This document shows positions 1-7,738 of a DNA stretch of 43,129 bases, piece by piece. The notes under the pieces are model-generated. The model searched no databases, had not been told where the DNA came from, and saw only the letters and a list, made by a program, of their open reading frames with translations. Position 1 is the stretch's first letter, and each line of letters begins with the position of its first letter. A program made the position numbers and the translations under genes. Location: assembly GCA_029938185.1 (NCBI GenBank), contig JAOZVK010000002.1, positions 1-43,129 on the forward strand, read 5' to 3'. This DNA comes from Bacteroidales bacterium. GTDB taxonomy: Bacteria > Bacteroidota > Bacteroidia > Bacteroidales > JAOZVK01.

Positions 1-2
1 TA

Positions 3-194
3 CAGGAAATACAACCACAAAAATTTGATTTTAAAAAAACTACATTAATCGGTGCTATTGCAGGTATGGTAATAGAAGACGGAGTTGAAGCTTATGCAAT
101 AGAAAACGGATTTTATATATTAAAACAAAGTGGTAATATGGTAGAAATAAGTAATCAAGACGACTTCCAACCCACTGAATGGAAAATTATGTAA
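3..194 (+). CDS. 3' end of an upstream gene, product unknown (partial at window edge)
   Basis: Frame 3 is open from the window edge to TAA at 192-194 (..KKTTLIGAIAGMVIEDGVEAYAIENGFYILKQSGNMVEISNQDDFQPTEWKIM*). It has no start in the window, so it is absent from the ORF track. No family recognised. Confidence 0.35.
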   Translation, partial: QEIQPQKFDFKKTTLIGAIAGMVIEDGVEAYAIENGFYILKQSGNMVEISNQDDFQPTEWKIM

Positions 195-244
195 AGTTTA
201 TTTTCATCTTGATTAATACTATATGGTTATGCTGCACAACAAAA

Positions 245-279
245 AGCGTAAACCACATTAAACAGGTCAAAGACACTTA
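245..279 (+). repeat. Degenerate partial copy of the right end of intergenic repeat family R1
   Basis: gcgtaaaccacattaaacaggtcaaagacactta resembles the conserved R1 end gcgtaagccacattaaataggtcgaagacctta seen at 3129-3161. Confidence 0.45.
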
Positions 280-420
280 TTATAATAGAACAATCCCATA
301 CTGATATTTTAAAATTCATAGTGTGACTTGCAAGTTTAATAAAAAATAATTAAAAATAGTTTTGTTAAAAAGAGAAATTAAATTAAATTTGTCAAAATTT
401 ATAAGAGTGTAGTTTCATAA

Positions 421-524
421 GTACTGTTACAAAAGTTTTTCAATATTTACTTATTTATAACTATTTGATTAAGTTGCTTTTATACTAATTCGTAAGCAAC
501 TATAAAGTTAGGTTGAAGACCTTA
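421..524 (+). repeat. R1 intergenic repeat element, full copy (~104 bp)
   Basis: Starts gtactgttacaaaagttttt and ends cgtaagcaactataaagttaggttgaagacctta. Both termini match the copies at 3059, 42203 and, in reverse complement, 14450, 23018, 29295 and 37524. Confidence 0.8.
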
Positions 525-637
525 CATTTTAAAAAACAAAAAATTTAGTACTTACTTATCACAATTTATAAACACAATTTATAAACAAAATTAATAATAG
601 CAAATGGATTAATAAAAAAATTTAACACATAATACAT

Positions 638-806
638 AAAAGCGTTTAGCTTACTTTCTTGTCTGTGAAATCATCCAAAAATTTTATAAGGTTACAAGAA
701 ATAAGATGAATGTTCACGCCTAAATTGGCGTGGGCTGTTTCTTATTTGTAACCATGGTTTTGGATGAACCTCACAGACAAATAAAATTTATACAGTCCAC
801 GCTTTT
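638..806. repeat. Long imperfect palindrome (~170 nt, hairpin-forming); MITE-like element or structured RNA
   Basis: Three nested pairings. Outer: aaaagcgt (638-645) / acgctttt (799-806). Middle: ttgtctgtgaaatcatccaaaa (659-680) / ttttggatgaacctcacagacaa (758-780). GC-rich tip: cacgcc (715-720) / ggcgtg (727-732). Confidence 0.6.
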
Positions 807-843
807 TTTATGTCAAAAAAATAGATTTTAGTTCAGTAAATAC

Positions 844-918
844 ACTGTGTTTTGACAGTATTACTGAACATAGACTGTTTAATGACTGTGTTTTAACTGT
901 ATTACTGATTTTAGACTG
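844..918 (+). repeat. Two direct ~34-bp repeats spaced 41 bp, upstream of the 1008 gene
   Basis: actgtgttttgacagtattactgaacatagactg (844-877) versus actgtgttttaactgtattactgattttagactg (885-918), with most positions identical. Confidence 0.6.
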
Positions 919-957
919 AATTATAACTGTATTTTCTTTTTTTGATATTACTTACTT

Positions 958-965
958 TAGATTTG
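958..965 (+). promoter_or_regulatory. Candidate Bacteroidota -7 promoter box (TAnnTTTG)
   Basis: tagatttg matches TAnnTTTG, 43 nt upstream of ATG 1008. The nearest upstream TTTG (941-944) is closer than the usual -33 spacing, so the call is weak. Confidence 0.3.
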
Positions 966-1007
966 TGATTATTAAAAATACTTTAACAATTAAAATTAAA
1001 CCAAATT

Positions 1008-1340
1008 ATGAAAATCAAAATTTTATTTAGCATTATAATGCTTGCAGTTTTTACATTAGGTTTTATTGAACCCGAAAAAGTTAAATCTGATAAAGAATGT
1101 ACAGTTTATGTCAAATGGTATAGTACGAGTGGTTCTCCAGCAAAAAGTAAAAAAATTGTAGGTTATACTACCGACCATGCTTTAAGTACCGAAGGTACTA
1201 ACATTGCTTATACCAATAGTGACGGTAAGGTTACATTAAAGTGGTCGTCTTACAAAGATTTGTACATAATATATGTTGATGGAACAGGACATAAAGGTAC
1301 TTACAGAAATGGTGGAACATATACTTTTGTATTAGATTAA
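1008..1340 (+). CDS. Small secreted protein (signal peptide plus ~85-aa beta-rich domain), function unknown
   Basis: 110 aa with N-terminal hydrophobic signal MKIKILFSIIMLAVFTLGF. No overlapping longer ORF. The pattern TNSDGKVTLKW..YIIYVDG is beta-sandwich-like. Confidence 0.6.
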   Translation: MKIKILFSIIMLAVFTLGFIEPEKVKSDKECTVYVKWYSTSGSPAKSKKIVGYTTDHALSTEGTNIAYTNSDGKVTLKWSSYKDLYIIYVDGTGHKGTYRNGGTYTFVLD

Positions 1341-1547
1341 AATTATAAGGGTTAAATTTATTAACCCTTTTTGCAACTAAAAAACAACATATAAGTACAT
1401 AAATACGAAAAACATGCTGTAAAACACGTATGCTATAATGTATTGAATATAGGTAATTTATTAGTTTGCTCACGTAGATGTCAATTAAATGGGGAAAAAA
1501 AAATTAATTTTATGTTTTTTTACATCTTGAAAAAATATTAAATATTT

Positions 1548-2765
1548 ATGAAAAAAGAAGACTTTTTATTTGAGCCGTCAATTAATACAAGAGACGATGT
1601 ATACGAACTAATTTCATGGTGGAAAAAAGATAAAGTTCGAAATGCAAAAGTAATGGTTATTGGAGCAGGAGCACTAGGAAACGAAGTACTAAAAAACCTT
1701 GCACTATTAAATATTGGAAATATATTGATTGTTGATTATGATACAATTGAATTTTCAAATCTTTCGCGTTCTTTGCTATTCAGAGAAAATGATGCAAACA
1801 ACAATGCTCTTAAATGTAGTATTGCAGCCGAGAGAGTTAAAGATTTAAATCCTGAGGTTAAGGTAATGTCTCTTAATGCTGATATAAATAATGGTATTGG
1901 CTTAGGAGTTTTCAGACGTATGGATGCAATTATAGGCTGTTTGGATAATCGTTTGGCAAGACTTTCAATAAACAGGGCTTGTTATAAATTAAGAAAACCA
2001 TGGATTGATGGAGCAATAGAAAACCTTGCAGGACAATCAACTGTTTATGTTCCGGGCAAATCTTGTTATGAATGTGATTTGACCGAAAGAGAAAAAAAAA
2101 TGATTAGAAGAGCACAAGCATGTATGAATGTTGCTAACAGGAGTATTGTTAGAGGACGAATCCCTACAACTCCAATATCTGCTTCAATTATAGGAGCAAT
2201 ACAAGCACAGGAAGCTCTAAAGATAATACATAATTATGATGAAAAAAGCAAAGAAGCATACTTTGAGACTTTAAAAAGTAAAATTTTTAGATACGAAGGA
2301 AAAACTATTGATATTGGTGTGTATGAATTAGAAGATATTAAGGAAGACTGTGATAGTCATTATTATTATGATGAAATTATTGAAGCAAATGAATTAAGTC
2401 ATAATACTACTGTTGGAGAGTTGATTGAATGGGCACAAAAAACATTTAATGAAAGCGAACCTGAAATTCCTCTTCAACAACAATTTATTTATGAATTAAT
2501 TCAGGACAAATCAGAAAATAGAATATCTGTCAGATTACCAGAGAGTAAGGTGCGTGAATATATTGAAACAAATAATTTAAGAACCGACTTTAATGAAGAA
2601 GTATATTTAAAAGGTTATCATTATTTAACTATTGACTTCCCTTTCAAAGAGCTTACTCTTAAAGAAGTAGGTATAGCTCCGCTAGAGATTATCTTAATTG
2701 AAATTGAAGGAGCAAAAAAATATGTTGAATTAACAGGTGATAGTAATTATCTTAATTTTAAATAA
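1548..2765 (+). CDS. Ubiquitin-activating E1-like adenylyltransferase (ThiF/MoeB/HesA superfamily) with C-terminal extension
   Basis: Rossmann loop VMVIGAGALGNEVLKNL (GxGxxG at ~1662-1679). Adenylation motif DYDTIEFSNLSRSLLF, then CLDNRLARLSIN. CYEC zinc-type pair and a downstream Cys (RRAQACMNV) as candidate catalytic Cys. The ~140-aa C-terminal extension is possibly UFD-like (inference). The gene ends 17 nt before the Ubl gene. Confidence 0.85.
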   Translation: MKKEDFLFEPSINTRDDVYELISWWKKDKVRNAKVMVIGAGALGNEVLKNLALLNIGNILIVDYDTIEFSNLSRSLLFRENDANNNALKCSIAAERVKDLNPEVKVMSLNADINNGIGLGVFRRMDAIIGCLDNRLARLSINRACYKLRKPWIDGAIENLAGQSTVYVPGKSCYECDLTEREKKMIRRAQACMNVANRSIVRGRIPTTPISASIIGAIQAQEALKIIHNYDEKSKEAYFETLKSKIFRYEGKTIDIGVYELEDIKEDCDSHYYYDEIIEANELSHNTTVGELIEWAQKTFNESEPEIPLQQQFIYELIQDKSENRISVRLPESKVREYIETNNLRTDFNEEVYLKGYHYLTIDFPFKELTLKEVGIAPLEIILIEIEGAKKYVELTGDSNYLNFK

Positions 2766-2782
2766 AACTAATAAAATTAATT

Positions 2783-3067
2783 ATGGCAAAAAAGAAATAT
2801 AGAGTTCGTATAGTACATACAGGCAAAGAATTTACAATGAGTTTGGATCCAAGTACTCAAGGATTACAGATTGTTAAAGCATTATTGAATAATACAAAAC
2901 TAAACTTGGTTAAAACTGATACAGAGGGTAACCCTATAGAGTATAAACTAAGCTCTAAACAAAAAGGAAAAGATATTAGTACAAATACTCTTAGTGAACT
3001 TGGTATTACTGATGGTGATGTACTTCTTTTGCATCAAAAAATTATTGCGGGATATTTAGTAGTGTAA
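2783..3067 (+). CDS. Ubiquitin-like beta-grasp protein (Ubl) precursor ending ..QKIIAG followed by a 4-aa tail YLVV
   Basis: 94 aa with a beta-grasp-like pattern: YRVRIVHTGKEFTMSL, helix TQGLQIVKALLNN, then LSELGITDGDVLLLHQKIIAG. Gly codon at 3050-3052. It lies between E1 and E2. Two further copies of the same domain occur in the 25811 ORF. The last two codons and the stop (gta gtg taa, 3059-3067) lie inside an R1 repeat copy. Confidence 0.75.
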   Translation: MAKKKYRVRIVHTGKEFTMSLDPSTQGLQIVKALLNNTKLNLVKTDTEGNPIEYKLSSKQKGKDISTNTLSELGITDGDVLLLHQKIIAGYLVV

Positions 3068-3161
3068 CAAAAGTTTTTTCGGCATTTGTTTTTATATAAT
3101 TATCTACATGACAATATTTTACAAAAATGCGTAAGCCACATTAAATAGGTCGAAGACCTTA
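3059..3161 (+). repeat. R1 intergenic repeat element, full copy; overlaps the 3' end of the Ubl gene
   Basis: The sequence gtagtgtaacaaaagttttttcggcatttgttttt...aaaatgcgtaagccacattaaataggtcgaagacctta is almost identical to the reverse complement of the 23018 copy (gtaccctaacaaaaatttttcggcatttgttttt...). Confidence 0.8.
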
Positions 3162-3266
3162 TACTAAATTTAGCTTAAGAATTTTACTTTTATTAAATCT
3201 TTATATGTTATTATTCAATATTTTGTATAATTGTATCATTGAATAATTGAACCATTTAAAGTATAA

Positions 3267-3327
3267 GCCGAAATCAAGTTTTGCAAAAATATTTATGCGT
3301 TAGCAAAGTAAAAAGGCTTTAAGAGCC
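3267..3327. repeat. Shorter R1-related variant element (R1v) ending in hairpin ggctttaagagcc
   Basis: The sequence gccgaaatcaagttttgcaaaaatatttatgcgttagcaaagtaaaaaggctttaagagcc has R1-like blocks (gccgaaa..ttttg; atgcgt.agc...). It is related to the copies at 7646 (reverse complement) and 31548. Confidence 0.5.
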
Positions 3328-3374
3328 AAAAAAATCAAAGAGTTTCATTATATTAATTTATTGAATTATTTTTT

Positions 3375-4046
3375 ATGAGATCTAAAAAATACAAAAATGC
3401 CAGAGATAGCAGATTGGCAAAAGAATATAAAAAAGTTGAAGAACTCTGTAGCAGAAGTTCCAGAATTACTTTTAAAATATTGCATCAAACTAAAAGTAGC
3501 AGACTGCCCGATAAATATGAAATAACTTTTAAATTAAAAAGTATAGTAGGTATTGACAAAAAAACAAAAATGCCTGAATACAGCAATCTGCATAAAATGA
3601 GAATTACATTGCCGCCACGTTGGCCAGCAGCAGATTCTCCTCCCGATTATTATATTAATACAGATATTTGGCACCCAAATATTAAGTCATCTGACCCATA
3701 TAAAGGTCATGTATGTATTAATTCTAAAGCAATATCAGTTTTTGAAGGTTTAGACAATCTTATTCTTAGGGTTGCCGAGCTTTTGCAGTGGAAAAACTAT
3801 TTGGCTGAAGACAAGCCGCCATACCCCGAAGATGTTAATGTGGCAAAGTGGGTACGAGATTTTGCCGAACCAAAAGGTATAGTTAATTTTAAGAAAGGAC
3901 TAGCAATAGATTACTCTGATTTGCTAGAACCTATTGAAGATGAAACTATTTTTGAAGAACCAAATGATGGCGAAGATGATGGTATTGTTATTATTATTGA
4001 AGATGAAAAAATAAAAGATATAGATATCGAAATTGAATTTGATTGA
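3375..4046 (+). CDS. Ubiquitin-conjugating E2 (UBC-fold) enzyme with acidic C-terminal tail
   Basis: Eukaryote-like UBC signature. RLAKEYKKVEEL at the N-terminus, then YEITFKL and MRITLPPRWPAADSPPDYYINTDIWHPNI (HPN at 3672-3680). Catalytic Cys context KGHVCIN (tgt 3714-3716). LILRVAELLQWKNY follows. C-terminal tail is GIVIIIEDEKIKDIDIEIEFD. Confidence 0.85.
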   Translation: MRSKKYKNARDSRLAKEYKKVEELCSRSSRITFKILHQTKSSRLPDKYEITFKLKSIVGIDKKTKMPEYSNLHKMRITLPPRWPAADSPPDYYINTDIWHPNIKSSDPYKGHVCINSKAISVFEGLDNLILRVAELLQWKNYLAEDKPPYPEDVNVAKWVRDFAEPKGIVNFKKGLAIDYSDLLEPIEDETIFEEPNDGEDDGIVIIIEDEKIKDIDIEIEFD

Positions 4047-4094
4047 TATATTTTTAGAAATTGTTTATTATTTAGCATATTTTAAAACTTTTAT

Positions 4095-4820
4095 ATGAAG
4101 ACAAACAATTTTTTTATTTTGATGCAAATAAAATTATTTATAGTATTTATTTTTTTATTTAATAATACTAATGCACAAACTTGGAACTATGTAGGAAAAG
4201 CTGCTGGCAAAGATATTAAATTTACATTAAAAATTATTATAGATGAAAAAAATAAGAATTTTTTTTACATAGGTGGTAGTATAACAAAATTAGATAAAGG
4301 ATACCTCTATATAGCTTATAAAGACATTATAATTCCAAAAAATGTAAAAATTATAACAAAAACTGGTTCTATATATAAACAATGGAGCTATAGAAGTAAT
4401 CCAATACTTCATAATCAAAGACTAAAATTTGAACTGTTACCGGGTTTTAAGGGTGGAAATATTGATTTGAGAATAAGATGTCAATATAATTCAGAATCCA
4501 ATGGTTTTAAATTAAACAGATTATCTAAAAATAATGGCAGACATACTTTTAAAATAAAAAATTTACCTAAAATTTTAACTGCTTATGAAATAAAAGCAGA
4601 ATATGAAAAAAATGGAAAAAGTAGATTAGTAGAAAAAGCTAAGGATATAGAAATGAAATATAGAGACACTATCAATATGCTAAAATCTCGTTTAAATGAA
4701 GTTAGTAAGGATAGTGATATTAATAAGAATACAAAAAATAATAATTTACTGTATGTTATTATTGGGATATTGCTTATATTAATGACTTTAGCTTTATTTA
4801 ATTTATATTTCAAAAAGTAA
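4095..4820 (+). CDS. Signal-peptide ectodomain, short coiled coil and C-terminal TM anchor; JAB-less paralog of the N-terminal part of the 5041 protein
   Basis: AQTWNYVGKAAGKDIKFTLKIIIDEKNKNFFYIGGSITKLDKGYLYIAYKDIIIPKNVKIITK.. aligns almost residue for residue with AQTWNYEGKGAGKDIKFTLKIITDAKKPNFFYIGGGITKLDKGWLHIAIKDIKIPKNVKIITS.. of the next gene. The C-terminal TM segment is LLYVIIGILLILMTLALFNLYF. Confidence 0.75.
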   Translation: MKTNNFFILMQIKLFIVFIFLFNNTNAQTWNYVGKAAGKDIKFTLKIIIDEKNKNFFYIGGSITKLDKGYLYIAYKDIIIPKNVKIITKTGSIYKQWSYRSNPILHNQRLKFELLPGFKGGNIDLRIRCQYNSESNGFKLNRLSKNNGRHTFKIKNLPKILTAYEIKAEYEKNGKSRLVEKAKDIEMKYRDTINMLKSRLNEVSKDSDINKNTKNNNLLYVIIGILLILMTLALFNLYFKK

Positions 4821-5040
4821 GATTTAAACAAATAATTATATAAAAAAATTAGTATAACTGATTAATCACATTAAAAAACGTAAAGAAATATAAAAATTAT
4901 ATATAATTATTTCATTACTAACATGTAATATTGCTTATATTATAAGTTTTTTGATTTTTTAATACAATTAATTATATATCAAACAAAAACAACATTAAAT
5001 TAGGTAAAAAACCATAAATAACATTTTTTTAATAAAATAT

Positions 5041-7644
5041 ATGAATATTATTGAATTAATCCCTAAATATATGAAAACTACATATAAACTCTTTTTTATT
5101 TTGCTAATTTTCTTTTCATTTTTTAATACCACAGTTGCACAAACTTGGAACTACGAAGGAAAAGGTGCAGGTAAGGACATCAAATTTACATTAAAAATTA
5201 TTACAGATGCAAAAAAACCGAATTTTTTTTATATTGGAGGAGGTATAACAAAATTAGATAAAGGATGGCTACATATAGCTATAAAAGATATTAAAATTCC
5301 AAAAAATGTAAAAATTATAACAAGTGGGGCTAAATATAAACAATGGAGTAAAATTAGTAAAACAATACCTCATAAACAAAGACTAAAATTTGAATTATTA
5401 CCAGGTTTTAAGGGTGGAGATATTGATTTAAAAATAAAATGTCAATATAATGAAACTGGAGATTTTAAAGTTAAAAGGTTATCACCAAATGGCATCTACA
5501 CGTTTAAAATAAAAAATTTACCTGAAATTTTAACTGCTGATGAGAAAAAAAAAGAAGCTGAAATAAACGAAACCAAAAGATTATCAGAAAAAGCTAAGAA
5601 TATAGAAACAAAATATAGAGATACAATTAATATAATCAAAGCTGATAATACTAAAATTAAAGAAGATTTAGAAGCTCTAAAAAAACTAATTAAGAATACA
5701 GATGTAAGTGAAAGTGAAAAATTCAACACTTATTATAATGAACTTAAAAAAATAGAAGCCAAAATAGACAAAAATATAGAGAGCTTACAGCCAATTATAA
5801 ATAAGTGTGGAAATGATAAAACAAAAGAGCCAGTTAAAAAAATATATACAGAAATAAATAATTTAAAAACGGATTATAAGGAACTTAAAAAATCAATGGA
5901 AAGCAAAGAACTTTATAAACATACCAATATTGTAAAAAGATGGAAGAACATAAAAGAAAAGAATAAAAAAGAAGCTAATATACTTACAGTAAAATACTTG
6001 CCAATATATACTAAATTAAAATCAAGTTTTGAAACTAATATAACAACATGTAAAGAATTAAAAGAAAAATTTGCAAAAGCACTTATTAGTGATAATGATA
6101 CTGATGTTCAAAGTTTGTATAAACAATATGATAACTTTATAAAAAACTTCAATAAAGATTCAATAAAAAAGAAGAATACTGATAGTGATTATGAAAAAGA
6201 AAAAAAACATCTAATTAAAAAATTAGAAGAAGTAAATAAATTAAAACTTGAGTGTGAACAATATATAAATACATTAGCAAAAGCAGATGGCTTAATAGTA
6301 GAGTTAAAGAGAGAACGAAATAAATTATTGGAAAAAATTCCAGCAAAAAATAATACATGGATATATATTCTAGTAGGAATATTAATTGTTTTGGCAATTT
6401 CGGCTTATCCAATCTTTAATTTTTTAAAAAAGAAAAAACAAAAAAAAGATGCAGACAAAGAAAAAGCAATTATAGATAATATAGATATTGATATTGATTT
6501 TGACGAAAATATGATTGAAAGTGGTTTAATTATATCATTGGAAAATATCAATAAAGGTGAGTATTTGGAAGTTTTGATGTCCGAACAGTGGAATAATTCA
6601 TTTGTAAAAAAATGCTATTTGCATCAAACTGTTATTGAAAAAATATATGAAGTTTGCAGAGAAGAGCAACAGAAAAAAGGAAAAGGAAGTAAAGCACCTG
6701 AAATGGGGGGCTTTTTACTTGGGAAATACTATATGTATGAAAATGATTTATATGATGTTTATATTGATAAATATTTACAACCAAGCGAAGTAGAGCACCA
6801 AGACCTATACCAAATTGAGTTTGGCTCAAAAGCTATGTTAGAATTAGATGATGCATTGCGAAACAATTTAGAAAATGCTCTTGTTGGTTGGTTTCACACT
6901 CACCCCGGTCATGGTCCTTTCCTTTCGATGCCCGACCTGAATATACATAATGGTATGTTTACCAAAAAATGGCAACTTGCTATTGTTACTGACCCATATC
7001 GTGGTCTTGAAACAGGTATATTTACACGTTTTCAAGATGTTACAACAAAAAGTCGAACCAAGATTAATAATAAGGGGCAAAAAAAATGGTTCAATTGGAG
7101 AGATGATTTTATTAAAGCAAAAAAAGTCAATGTAGCAGAAACAACTAAATTACAAACAAATCTACCTCAAACACTTGAAGGGAATTATTATCCAATTGAA
7201 TTAAGTAAATTTTGGATAAATTCTAATGTGATGAAAATATATATTGAATATAATCTAATCTTTGATCTTGATAAAATAAGTATTTCTAAAAAAGAAAATA
7301 ATTCTGAAAGAATAAATTTTGATGGATACATTGTGGGATATTATAAAGAGATTGAATCTCAAAAATATAATCTTTATTTAAATAAAATTTCAAAAGAAAA
7401 ACCATTGAAAAATAATGTTGCATGGATTGGAAGCTCTAAACTTAAAATGAATGTGCTACAAGGAATAATTCAAACATTTCATAAAAATAAATCTATAAAT
7501 AAATGGGATATAGCTGTTGTACTTTCAGATAATAAAGATAAAATAAGCTTTTTCCCAACTAATAAAAATGGAAAATTAAATTTTTCTTCTGATGAAAAGC
7601 ATAGTATGAATTTTTCGGAATTAGATAATTGGACAAGAAAGTAA
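5041..7644 (+). CDS. Membrane-spanning JAB/MPN+ (JAMM) metallopeptidase: signal peptide, ectodomain, long coiled coil, TM, cytoplasmic JAB domain, C-terminal domain
   Basis: JAMM motif GWFHTHPGHGPFLSMPDLN (HxH at 6895-6903) with upstream Glu in APEMGGFLLGKYY. TM segment WIYILVGILIVLAISAYPIF is followed by KKKKQKKD (cytoplasmic side). A more likely start is the internal Met at 5071 (MKTTYKLFFILLIFFSFFNTTVAQ signal peptide). Confidence 0.88.
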   Translation: MNIIELIPKYMKTTYKLFFILLIFFSFFNTTVAQTWNYEGKGAGKDIKFTLKIITDAKKPNFFYIGGGITKLDKGWLHIAIKDIKIPKNVKIITSGAKYKQWSKISKTIPHKQRLKFELLPGFKGGDIDLKIKCQYNETGDFKVKRLSPNGIYTFKIKNLPEILTADEKKKEAEINETKRLSEKAKNIETKYRDTINIIKADNTKIKEDLEALKKLIKNTDVSESEKFNTYYNELKKIEAKIDKNIESLQPIINKCGNDKTKEPVKKIYTEINNLKTDYKELKKSMESKELYKHTNIVKRWKNIKEKNKKEANILTVKYLPIYTKLKSSFETNITTCKELKEKFAKALISDNDTDVQSLYKQYDNFIKNFNKDSIKKKNTDSDYEKEKKHLIKKLEEVNKLKLECEQYINTLAKADGLIVELKRERNKLLEKIPAKNNTWIYILVGILIVLAISAYPIFNFLKKKKQKKDADKEKAIIDNIDIDIDFDENMIESGLIISLENINKGEYLEVLMSEQWNNSFVKKCYLHQTVIEKIYEVCREEQQKKGKGSKAPEMGGFLLGKYYMYENDLYDVYIDKYLQPSEVEHQDLYQIEFGSKAMLELDDALRNNLENALVGWFHTHPGHGPFLSMPDLNIHNGMFTKKWQLAIVTDPYRGLETGIFTRFQDVTTKSRTKINNKGQKKWFNWRDDFIKAKKVNVAETTKLQTNLPQTLEGNYYPIELSKFWINSNVMKIYIEYNLIFDLDKISISKKENNSERINFDGYIVGYYKEIESQKYNLYLNKISKEKPLKNNVAWIGSSKLKMNVLQGIIQTFHKNKSINKWDIAVVLSDNKDKISFFPTNKNGKLNFSSDEKHSMNFSELDNWTRK

Positions 7645-7645
7645 T

Positions 7646-7718
7646 GGCTCTTTGAGCCTTTTAATCTTTACTTATGCATAAATAAATTTTACGAACTCAA
7701 ATAATTAAGCTTAAGACC
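7646..7718. repeat. R1v variant element starting with the hairpin ggctc-ttt-gagcc plus T-run (terminator-like) just after the JAB gene stop
   Basis: The sequence ggctctttgagccttttaatctttacttatgcataaataaattttacgaactcaa..cttaagacc is the reverse complement of the 3267-3327 type. The 5-bp GC stem followed by TTTT sits 2 nt after TAA 7642-7644. Confidence 0.5.
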
Positions 7719-7738
7719 TATTAATAAAATTAAAACAC

